From sequence record NZ_CP044494.1: a stretch of DNA of 13,108 nucleotides; one strand, written 5' to 3'. Below, in pieces: positions 1 through 6,573 of the stretch. The stretch's first letter is position 1, and the number at the start of each line of letters is the position of its first letter. The DNA comes from a plasmid. Below the pieces are notes generated by a model. It worked only from the letters and a program-made list of their open reading frames with translations, made no database searches and was not told the DNA's origin. Both the position numbers and the translations under genes were made by a program.

Positions 1-1
1 T

Positions 2-46
2 GTTGCCTTTTGGAATTGGGATAGAAAGAATTATTTTGTGAGGTAG
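2..46 (+). CDS. 3-prime end of the rep gene, identical to 9071..9115. Its start lies before the window because the unit is repeated.
   Basis: Translates VAFWNWDRKNYFVR then stop, identical to the C-terminus of the 339-aa Rep ORF at 8096..9115. Confidence 0.6.
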   Translation, partial: VAFWNWDRKNYFVR

Positions 47-49
47 CTG

Positions 50-460
50 ATGAGTAAAACAGTATCAGAATTAGCTCAAGAATTGGGAGTTAGTAGGCAG
101 TATCTTAATCGGATTTTATCGCAAAATAATCTCGGTCGAAAAAAAGGGAATAAAAAAGTAGTTTCCGATATGGACGAGAAAGTACTCATATCAATACTTG
201 AGGGCAATATTGGAAACCAAAAAACGGAAACTAAAACGGAAACAAAAACATTAGTTTCCAATATGTCTTTAAGCTCAAGTGAGATAAGGAATTGTGCTAA
301 ACTACCAGTTAAGATGTTGCTGATTAAGACGAGCAATAGACTGTGTCGGCTCGTCTGTCTTTCGGTAATCGAAAGACAGTTTTTGGGGAGGGAAATCTAT
401 GAGTTACATGGTTGCAAGAATGCAGAAGATGAAAGCTGGCAATTTGGGAGGAGCTTTTAA
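50..460 (+). CDS. Putative helix-turn-helix DNA-binding protein directly downstream of rep and coupled to it. Function unknown. The 3-prime third of the ORF runs through the oriT/terminator hairpins and the mob start, so the true product may be shorter.
   Basis: The ATG lies 3 nt after the rep stop, with GAGG 8 nt upstream. The N-terminus SELAQELGVSRQYLNRIL is HTH-like and is followed by a lysine-rich stretch. An in-frame tandem repeat TETKTETK is encoded by aaaacggaaac repeats at 226..252. Confidence 0.45.
   Translation: MSKTVSELAQELGVSRQYLNRILSQNNLGRKKGNKKVVSDMDEKVLISILEGNIGNQKTETKTETKTLVSNMSLSSSEIRNCAKLPVKMLLIKTSNRLCRLVCLSVIERQFLGREIYELHGCKNAEDESWQFGRSF
325..398 (+). promoter_or_regulatory. 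Candidate oriT and mob promoter region. Nested inverted repeats lie immediately upstream of the MobM-like relaxase start.
   Basis: gacgagc(328-334)...gctcgtc(349-355) is a 7-bp IR. ctgtctttcg(355-364)/cgaaagacag(370-379) is a perfect 10-bp hairpin. The region holds a GTGT-containing core (agactgtgtcgg) and sits directly 5-prime of mob, as in MobV-family plasmids where oriT precedes mob. Confidence 0.4.
355..386 (+). terminator. Perfect 10-bp stem, 5-nt loop and a T5 run. This could be the rho-independent terminator of the rep-orf transcript and/or the oriT IR.
   Basis: ctgtctttcg gtaat cgaaagacag ttttt, seen directly in the sequence. Confidence 0.4.
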
Positions 461-518
461 GCATAATGAACGTGTTTTTGAGACGCACTCAAATAAAGAT
501 ATAGACCCGAGCGCTTAG
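399..518 (+). pseudogene. 5-prime stub (39 codons) of a MobM-like MobV relaxase gene. It is truncated at the AvaI junction with the erm fragment, and the stop codon comes from the inserted DNA.
   Basis: Translates MSYMVARMQKMKAGNLGGAFKHNERVFETHSNKDIDPSA then stop. This is near-identical to the MobM (pMV158) N-terminus as I recall it, including the catalytic His in AFKHNER. The RBS ggggaggg lies 7 nt upstream. The AvaI site cccgag is at 506-511. Confidence 0.8.
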
Positions 519-534
519 TGGGAATTTGTACCCC

Positions 535-666
535 TTATCGATACAAATTCCCCGTAGGCGCTAGGGACCTCTTTAGCTCCTTGGAAGCTGTCAGTAGTAT
601 ACCTAATAATTTATCTACATTCCCTTTAGTAACGTGTAACTTTCCAAATTTACAAAAGCGACTCAT
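535..666 (-). CDS. Small ORF of 43 aa from its best start. It is translationally coupled to the ermB stop, and its function is unknown.
   Basis: The ATG is at 664-666 on the minus strand, 4 nt after the ermB stop. The RBS GGAGG is formed by the last ermB codons (gggaggaaataa). Product MSRFCKFGKLHVTKGNVDKLLGILLTASKELKRSLAPTGNLYR. The ORF-track version (to 726) starts further upstream inside ermB. Confidence 0.35.
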   Translation of the reverse strand: MSRFCKFGKLHVTKGNVDKLLGILLTASKELKRSLAPTGNLYR

Positions 667-670
667 AGAA

Positions 671-1407
671 TTATTTCCTCCCGTTAAATAATAGATAACT
701 ATTAAAAATAGACAATACTTGCTCATAAGTAACGGTACTTAAATTGTTTACTTTGGCGTGTTTCATTGCTTGATGAAACTGATTTTTAGTAAACAGTTGA
801 CGATATTCTCGATTGACCCATTTTGAAACAAAGTACGTATATAGCTTCCAATATTTATCTGGAACATCTGTGGTATGGCGGGTAAGTTTTATTAAGACAC
901 TGTTTACTTTTGGTTTAGGATGAAAGCATTCCGCTGGCAGCTTAAGCAATTGCTGAATCGAGACTTGAGTGTGCAAGAGCAACCCTAGTGTTCGGTGAAT
1001 ATCCAAGGTACGCTTGTAGAATCCTTCTTCAACAATCAGATAGATGTCAGACGCATGGCTTTCAAAAACCACTTTTTTAATAATTTGTGTGCTTAAATGG
1101 TAAGGAATACTCCCAACAATTTTATACCTCTGTTTGTTAGGGAATTGAAACTGTAGAATATCTTGGTGAATTAAAGTGACACGAGTATTCAGTTTTAATT
1201 TTTCTGACGATAAGTTGAATAGATGACTGTCTAATTCAATAGACGTTACCTGTTTACTTATTTTAGCCAGTTTCGTCGTTAAATGCCCTTTACCTGTTCC
1301 AATTTCGTAAACGGTATCGGTTTCTTTTAAATTCAATTGTTTTATTATTTGGTTGAGTACTTTTTCACTCGTTAAAAAGTTTTGAGAATATTTTTATTTT
1401 TGTTCAT
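671..1407 (-). pseudogene. ermB: ermB 23S rRNA adenine N6-methyltransferase, copy 1. It carries a 1-bp deletion in codons 5-6 relative to copy 2, so only an N-truncated 221-aa ORF from an internal Met remains.
   Basis: Protein matches ErmB, including the SAM-binding motif [12 protein letters not shown]. At 1391-1400 copy 1 reads tttttatttt where copy 2 reads ttttatatttt. From the ATG at 1407 the frame reads [11 protein letters not shown] then stop. Confidence 0.85.
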
Positions 1408-1454
1408 GTAATCACTCCTTCTTAATTACAAATTTTTAGCATCTAATTTAACTT

Positions 1455-1500
1455 CAATTCCTATTATACAAAATTTTAAGATACTGCACTATCAACACAC
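1455..1500 (-). promoter_or_regulatory. ermB promoter with a vestigial leader. The leader peptide and attenuator are deleted, which predicts constitutive MLS resistance.
   Basis: On the minus strand the sequence reads ttttgtataatagg, an extended -10 (TGnTATAAT). Only about 50 nt lie between the -10 and the ermB ATG. These hold a 6-codon mini-ORF (atg cta aaa att tgt aat taa) and the SD aggagtga. Inducible erm genes carry a 27-36 aa leader. Confidence 0.5.
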
Positions 1501-1732
1501 TCTTAAGTTTGCTTCTAAGTCTTATTTCCATAACTTCTTTTACGTTTCCGCCATTCTTTGCTGTTTCGATTTTTATGATATGGTGCAAGTCAGCACGAAC
1601 ACGAACCGTCTTATCTCCCATTATATCTTTTTTTGCACTGATTGGTGTATCATTTCGTTTTTCTTTTTGTGCGCCTAAATTTCCCACAATCACTCACTTC
1701 TTTCTATTTCTTCTTATTCTTATTTTATCATC

Positions 1733-1778
1733 AACAATCACAAATCACTTGTGATTTGTGATAAGTGATTTGTGATTA
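1733..1778. repeat. Perfect palindrome tcacaaatcac-tt-gtgatttgtga followed by a direct repeat gtgatttgtgatt.
   Basis: Seen directly in the sequence. It lies between the ermB upstream region and the topoisomerase fragment and looks like an operator or recombination site. Confidence 0.45.
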
Positions 1779-1784
1779 ATATAT

Positions 1785-1812
1785 AAAAGCCCTCTTTAAA
1801 GGGCTTTTATGT
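1785..1812. terminator. Bidirectional rho-independent terminator. It sits at the 3-prime end of the topoisomerase fragment.
   Basis: aaaagccc tctttaaa gggctttt is an 8-bp stem flanked by A-runs and T-runs on both sides. The minus-strand ORF stops at 1810-1812. Confidence 0.55.
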
Positions 1813-2328
1813 TTATTTTGAGAAAGATATAAAATCAATATATCCCTTTTCTCCGATTTTTACAACGGCATTGTAGGACTTTCTATCTTTCGTTTTGATT
1901 CCTTTTACCAGGGTTTCTTTTCCCTCTAGTAATTCTTTTACATTTGTTTTGGTGAGTTTTTTCTTTCTAAAATGTTCAGCTAAAGTAAACTTACATTCAG
2001 GATAATTTGAACAACCATAAAACGATTTTTTTAATACAATATTGTTGCCACACTTAGGACATTTTCCTACAATACTTTTTTCTGCTTCTTTTTCTTTCTG
2101 TTCCTGGTAATCAGAAAAATTTAGTTTTTCTATATCGTTAGGTACAGCTTCCAGTAAATGAACAATGAATTTTTTGATATTCGTAATAAAGTTCTCTTGA
2201 TTGCCTTCTCTTTTACCGATTTTTTTTAAATACGTTTCCCATTTAGCCGTCATTTCAGCACTCGTTAAAAGGTGCTGACTTTCAACTGCCTGGCACAATA
2301 ATTTTCCTTTTTCAGTTACAACAAGCTT
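1813..2328 (-). CDS. 3-prime fragment of a type IA DNA topoisomerase gene (C-terminal Zn-ribbon domain). It was co-cloned with erm and is truncated at the HindIII site.
   Basis: Contains CPKCGNNIVLKKSFYGCSNYPECKF, a C4 zinc-ribbon typical of topoisomerase I/III C-termini. The reading frame stays open from the HindIII site (KLVVTEKGKL...) with no start codon, so the gene is incomplete at its 5-prime end. Confidence 0.5.
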   Translation of the reverse strand, partial: KLVVTEKGKLLCQAVESQHLLTSAEMTAKWETYLKKIGKREGNQENFITNIKKFIVHLLEAVPNDIEKLNFSDYQEQKEKEAEKSIVGKCPKCGNNIVLKKSFYGCSNYPECKFTLAEHFRKKKLTKTNVKELLEGKETLVKGIKTKDRKSYNAVVKIGEKGYIDFISFSK

Positions 2329-2379
2329 TAATGCGGTAGTTTATCACAGTTAAATTGCTAACGCAGTCAGGCACCGTGT
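2327..2379 (+). promoter_or_regulatory. The -10 half of the tet promoter (tttaat) and the tetA 5-prime UTR. It is separated from its -35 by the whole Gram-positive insert.
   Basis: tttaatgcggtagtttatcacagttaaattgctaacgcagtcaggcaccgtgt atg matches the recalled pBR322 sequence. The cognate TTGACA is at 6549-6554 on the other side of the insert. Confidence 0.7.
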
Positions 2380-3570
2380 ATGAAATCTAACAATGCGCTC
2401 ATCGTCATCCTCGGCACCGTCACCCTGGATGCTGTAGGCATAGGCTTGGTTATGCCGGTACTGCCGGGCCTCTTGCGGGATATCGTCCATTCCGACAGCA
2501 TCGCCAGTCACTATGGCGTGCTGCTAGCGCTATATGCGTTGATGCAATTTCTATGCGCACCCGTTCTCGGAGCACTGTCCGACCGCTTTGGCCGCCGCCC
2601 AGTCCTGCTCGCTTCGCTACTTGGAGCCACTATCGACTACGCGATCATGGCGACCACACCCGTCCTGTGGATCCTCTACGCCGGACGCATCGTGGCCGGC
2701 ATCACCGGCGCCACAGGTGCGGTTGCTGGCGCCTATATCGCCGACATCACCGATGGGGAAGATCGGGCTCGCCACTTCGGGCTCATGAGCGCTTGTTTCG
2801 GCGTGGGTATGGTGGCAGGCCCCGTGGCCGGGGGACTGTTGGGCGCCATCTCCTTGCATGCACCATTCCTTGCGGCGGCGGTGCTCAACGGCCTCAACCT
2901 ACTACTGGGCTGCTTCCTAATGCAGGAGTCGCATAAGGGAGAGCGTCGACCGATGCCCTTGAGAGCCTTCAACCCAGTCAGCTCCTTCCGGTGGGCGCGG
3001 GGCATGACTATCGTCGCCGCACTTATGACTGTCTTCTTTATCATGCAACTCGTAGGACAGGTGCCGGCAGCGCTCTGGGTCATTTTCGGCGAGGACCGCT
3101 TTCGCTGGAGCGCGACGATGATCGGCCTGTCGCTTGCGGTATTCGGAATCTTGCACGCCCTCGCTCAAGCCTTCGTCACTGGTCCCGCCACCAAACGTTT
3201 CGGCGAGAAGCAGGCCATTATCGCCGGCATGGCGGCCGACGCGCTGGGCTACGTCTTGCTGGCGTTCGCGACGCGAGGCTGGATGGCCTTCCCCATTATG
3301 ATTCTTCTCGCTTCCGGCGGCATCGGGATGCCCGCGTTGCAGGCCATGCTGTCCAGGCAGGTAGATGACGACCATCAGGGACAGCTTCAAGGATCGCTCG
3401 CGGCTCTTACCAGCCTAACTTCGATCATTGGACCGCTGATCGTCACGGCGATTTATGCCGCCTCGGCGAGCACATGGAACGGGTTGGCATGGATTGTAGG
3501 CGCCGCCCTATACCTTGTCTGCCTCCCCGCGTTGCGTCGCGGTGCATGGAGCCGGGCCACCTCGACCTGA
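2380..3570 (+). CDS. tetA: Tetracycline efflux MFS transporter TetA, class C, 396 aa.
   Basis: Full-length match to pBR322/pACYC184 TetA(C) (MKSNNALIVILGTVTLDAVGIG...). GC-rich, with a 12-TM profile. Confidence 0.97.
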   Translation: MKSNNALIVILGTVTLDAVGIGLVMPVLPGLLRDIVHSDSIASHYGVLLALYALMQFLCAPVLGALSDRFGRRPVLLASLLGATIDYAIMATTPVLWILYAGRIVAGITGATGAVAGAYIADITDGEDRARHFGLMSACFGVGMVAGPVAGGLLGAISLHAPFLAAAVLNGLNLLLGCFLMQESHKGERRPMPLRAFNPVSSFRWARGMTIVAALMTVFFIMQLVGQVPAALWVIFGEDRFRWSATMIGLSLAVFGILHALAQAFVTGPATKRFGEKQAIIAGMAADALGYVLLAFATRGWMAFPIMILLASGGIGMPALQAMLSRQVDDDHQGQLQGSLAALTSLTSIIGPLIVTAIYAASASTWNGLAWIVGAALYLVCLPALRRGAWSRATST

Positions 3571-4073
3571 ATGGAAGCCGGCGGCACCTCGCTAACGGAT
3601 TCACCACTCCAAGAATTGGAGCCAATCAATTCTTGCGGAGAACTGTGAATGCGCAAACCAACCCTTGGCAGAACATATCCATCGCGTCCGCCATCTCCAG
3701 CAGCCGCACGCGGCGCATCTCGGGCAGCGTTGGGTCCTGGCCACGGGTGCGCATGATCGTGCTCCTGTCGTTGAGGACCCGGCTAGGCTGGCGGGGTTGC
3801 CTTACTGGTTAGCAGAATGAATCACCGATACGCGAGCGAACGTGAAGCGACTGCTGCTGCAAAACGTCTGCGACCTGAGCAACAACATGAATGGTCTTCG
3901 GTTTCCGTGTTTCGTAAAGTCTGGAAACGCGGAAGTCCCCTACGTGCTGCTGAAGTTGCCCGCAACAGAGAGTGGAACCAACCGGTGATACCACGATACT
4001 ATGACTGAGAGTCAACGCCATGAGCGGCCTCATTTCTTATTCTGAGTTACAACAGTCCGCACCGCTGCCGGTA

Positions 4074-4166
4074 GCTCCTTCCGGTGGGCGCGGGGCATGA
4101 CTATCGTCGCCGCACTTATGACTGTCTTCTTTATCATGCAACTCGTAGGACAGGTGCCGGCAGCGC
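4074..4166 (+). repeat. Direct duplicate of the internal tetA segment 2981..3073. This is the known pACYC184 construction scar.
   Basis: Exact 93-nt identity with 2981..3073, seen directly. Confidence 0.85.
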
Positions 4167-4220
4167 CCAACAGTCCCCCGGCCACGGGGCCTGCCACCAT
4201 ACCCACGCCGAAACAAGCGC
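4163..4220 (-). repeat. Inverted duplicate of the internal tetA segment 2789..2846, part of the pACYC184 scar. It is followed by pBR322 tet-downstream DNA.
   Basis: The reverse complement of 2789..2846 matches 4163..4220 exactly. It generates the chimeric spurious ORFs 4030..4248(-) and 4084..4338(+). Confidence 0.85.
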
Positions 4221-4603
4221 CCTGCACCATTATGTTCCGGATCTGCATCGCAGGATGCTGCTGGCTACCCTGTGGAACACCTACATCTGTATTAACGAAG
4301 CGCTAACCGTTTTTATCAGGCTCTGGGAGGCAGAATAAATGATCATATCGTCAATTATTACCTCCACGGGGAGAGCCTGAGCAAACTGGCCTCAGGCATT
4401 TGAGAAGCACACGGTCACACTGCTTCCGGTAGTCAATAAACCGGTAAACCAGCAATAGACATAAGCGGCTATTTAACGACCCTGCCCTGAACCGACGACC
4501 GGGTCGAATTTGCTTTCGAATTTCTGCCATTCATCCGCTTATTATCACTTATTCAGGCGTAGCAACCAGGCGTTTAAGGGCACCAATAACTGCCTTAAAA
4601 AAA

Positions 4604-5263
4604 TTACGCCCCGCCCTGCCACTCATCGCAGTACTGTTGTAATTCATTAAGCATTCTGCCGACATGGAAGCCATCACAAACGGCATGATGAACCTGAATC
4701 GCCAGCGGCATCAGCACCTTGTCGCCTTGCGTATAATATTTGCCCATGGTGAAAACGGGGGCGAAGAAGTTGTCCATATTGGCCACGTTTAAATCAAAAC
4801 TGGTGAAACTCACCCAGGGATTGGCTGAGACGAAAAACATATTCTCAATAAACCCTTTAGGGAAATAGGCCAGGTTTTCACCGTAACACGCCACATCTTG
4901 CGAATATATGTGTAGAAACTGCCGGAAATCGTCGTGGTATTCACTCCAGAGCGATGAAAACGTTTCAGTTTGCTCATGGAAAACGGTGTAACAAGGGTGA
5001 ACACTATCCCATATCACCAGCTCACCGTCTTTCATTGCCATACGGAATTCCGGATGAGCATTCATCAGGCGGGCAAGAATGTGAATAAAGGCCGGATAAA
5101 ACTTGTGCTTATTTTTCTTTACGGTCTTTAAAAAGGCCGTAATATCCAGCTGAACGGTCTGGTTATAGGTACATTGAGCAACTGACTGAAATGCCTCAAA
5201 ATGTTCTTTACGATGCCATTGGGATATATCAACGGTGGTATATCCAGTGATTTTTTTCTCCAT
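4604..5263 (-). CDS. cat: Chloramphenicol acetyltransferase, type A-1 (Tn9), 219 aa.
   Basis: [46 protein letters not shown]... ending [28 protein letters not shown], with the catalytic His in HHAVCDG. Confidence 0.97.
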
Positions 5264-5350
5264 TTTAGCTTCCTTAGCTCCTGAAAATCTCGATAACTCA
5301 AAAAATACGCCCGGTAGTGATCTTATTTCATTATGGTGAAAGTTGGAACC
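5264..5350 (-). promoter_or_regulatory. cat promoter and RBS region.
   Basis: On the minus strand the sequence reads ...cggcacgtaagaggttccaactttcaccataatgaaataagatcactaccgggcgtattttttgagttatcgagattttcaggagctaaggaagctaaaATG. This is the canonical Tn9 cat upstream region. Confidence 0.6.
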
Positions 5351-5486
5351 TCTTACGTGCCGATCAACGTCTCATTTTCGCCAAAAGTTGGCCCAGGGCT
5401 TCCCGGTATCAACAGGGACACCAGGATTTATTTATTCTGCGAAGTGATCTTCCGTCACAGGTATTTATTCGGCGCAAAGTGCGTCG

Positions 5487-5630
5487 GGTGATGCTGCCAA
5501 CTTACTGATTTAGTGTATGATGGTGTTTTTGAGGTGCTCCAGTGGCTTCTGTTTCTATCAGCTGTCCCTCCTGTTCAGCTACTGACGGGGTGGTGCGTAA
5601 CGGCAAAAGCACCGCCGGACATCAGCGCTA
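5487..5630 (+). mobile_element. insA: IS1 terminal remnant of about 144 bp. It carries the terminal inverted repeat and the first 28 codons of insA (GTG at 5542), truncated at the junction with p15A DNA.
   Basis: ggtgatgctgccaacttactgatttagtgtatgatggtg is an IS1 end. The frame reads [29 protein letters not shown], then a junction-derived stop. Confidence 0.7.
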
Positions 5631-5889
5631 GCGGAGTGTATACTGGCTTACTATGTTGGCACTGATGAGGGTGTCAGTGAAGTGCTTCATGTGGCAGGAG
5701 AAAAAAGGCTGCACCGGTGCGTCAGCAGAATATGTGATACAGGATATATTCCGCTTCCTCGCTCACTGACTCGCTACGCTCGGTCGTTCGACTGCGGCGA
5801 GCGGAAATGGCTTACGAACGGGGCGGAGATTTCCTGGAAGATGCCAGGAAGATACTTAACAGGGAAGTGAGAGGGCCGCGGCAAAGCCG

Positions 5890-6400
5890 TTTTTCCATAG
5901 GCTCCGCCCCCCTGACAAGCATCACGAAATCTGACGCTCAAATCAGTGGTGGCGAAACCCGACAGGACTATAAAGATACCAGGCGTTTCCCCCTGGCGGC
6001 TCCCTCGTGCGCTCTCCTGTTCCTGCCTTTCGGTTTACCGGTGTCATTCCGCTGTTATGGCCGCGTTTGTCTCATTCCACGCCTGACACTCAGTTCCGGG
6101 TAGGCAGTTCGCTCCAAGCTGGACTGTATGCACGAACCCCCCGTTCAGTCCGACCGCTGCGCCTTATCCGGTAACTATCGTCTTGAGTCCAACCCGGAAA
6201 GACATGCAAAAGCACCACTGGCAGCAGCCACTGGTAATTGATTTAGAGGAGTTAGTCTTGAAGTCATGCGCCGGTTAAGGCTAAACTGAAAGGACAAGTT
6301 TTGGTGACTGCGCTCCTCCAAGCCAGTTACCTCGGTTCAAAGAGTTGGTAGCTCAGAGAACCTTCGAAAAACCGCCCTGCAAGGCGGTTTTTTCGTTTTC
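5890..6400 (-). ncRNA. RNA II pre-primer. Ends are approximate. It is transcribed on the minus strand toward the RNA/DNA switch near 5890.
   Basis: Inferred from ColE1 and pBR322 topology. The plus strand here corresponds to the pBR322 top strand. Confidence 0.45.
6294..6397 (+). ncRNA. RNA I antisense copy-control RNA of p15A.
   Basis: acaagttttggtgactgcgctcctccaagccagttacctcggttcaaagagttggtagctcagagaaccttcgaaaaaccgccctgcaaggcggtttttt is collinear with pBR322 RNA I. It has three stem-loops and a terminal hairpin-T-run terminator. Confidence 0.6.
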
Positions 6401-6548
6401 AGAGCAAGAGATTACGCGCAGACCAAAACGATCTCAAGAAGATCATCTTATTAATCAGATAAAATATTTCTAGATTTCAGTGCAATTTATCTCTTCAAAT
6501 GTAGCACCTGAAGTCAGCCCCATACGATATAAGTTGTAATTCTCATGT

Positions 6549-6573
6549 TTGACAGCTTATCATCGATAAGCTT
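6549..6573 (+). promoter_or_regulatory. Orphaned -35 half of the tet promoter (ttgaca), ending at the HindIII cloning junction.
   Basis: tttgacagcttatcatcgataagctt, then MobM-homologous DNA in frame. Confidence 0.7.

Larger units (their letters stand above)
506..2328. other. About 1.82-kb AvaI-HindIII erm cassette of pAMbeta1/Tn917 type. It replaces an internal part of mob.
   Basis: Bounded by cccgag (506-511) and aagctt (2323-2328). Contents are the ermB context and a topoisomerase 3-prime fragment. GC content and codon usage are typical of streptococci and enterococci. Confidence 0.7.
5631..6440. other. p15A (ColE1-type) replication origin region.
   Basis: The segment gccgtttttccataggctccgcccccctgacaagcatcacgaaatctgacgctcaaatcagtggtggcgaaacccgacaggactataaagataccaggcg and the downstream RNA I/II stem-loop region are ColE1-like and match p15A from pACYC184. 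Confidence 0.85.
2323..6573. other. pACYC184 cloning-vector backbone. From the base after one HindIII site to the end of the other (2329..6573) is exactly 4245 bp.
   Basis: The order is tet promoter halves, tetA(C), pBR322-derived tet-downstream DNA, the rearranged tet-fragment scar, cat, the IS1 end and the p15A ori. This recalled order and the 4245-bp size are characteristic of pACYC184. Confidence 0.9.

Noticed and set aside
226-252. Short tandem repeat aaaacggaaac x2.5. I considered a CRISPR array or iterons.
   Set aside because: It is only about 2.5 units of 11-12 nt with no spacers. It lies inside a coding frame (TETKTETK). It is not a CRISPR array, and iteron function is unsupported for an RCR replicon.
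1454-1754. ORFs 1454..1693- (79 aa) and 1509..1754+ (81 aa) in the ermB upstream region, and copies at 10524..10824.
   Set aside because: They overlap the ermB promoter and vestigial leader and the AT-rich spacer. They have no RBS and low-complexity composition. I considered whether 1454..1693- might be an ermB leader peptide and rejected that. The real leader here is reduced to a 6-codon mini-ORF.
2553-3390. Multiple overlapping ORFs on both strands inside tetA(C): 2553..2936+, 2588..2788+, 2617..2859-, 2733..3083-, 2917..3390-, 2991..3368+, and their copy-2 counterparts.
   Set aside because: These are GC-rich frame-shadow ORFs inside a well-characterised gene, Arg/Pro/Gly-rich and of low complexity. 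They have no RBS. They are artefacts of high GC content.
3443-4033. ORFs 3443..3625-, 3453..3656-, 3474..3812+, 3809..4033- and 3817..4008+ downstream of tetA.
   Set aside because: This is non-coding pBR322-derived tet-downstream DNA in pACYC184. The ORFs have no RBS and are Arg/Pro-rich random frames. The copy-2 versions differ only because of the indel errors.
4030-4338. ORFs 4030..4248-, 4084..4338+ and 4097..4306+ with TetA-like peptides.
   Set aside because: These are chimeric frames created by the duplicated and inverted tetA fragments of the pACYC184 scar. They are not genes.
5317-6103. ORFs 5317..5508+, 5682..5870+, 5807..6103+ and 4810..5004-.
   Set aside because: They lie in the cat promoter and IS1 end, inside the p15A RNA II/origin region, or antisense within cat. 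All are known non-coding or antisense vector sequence.
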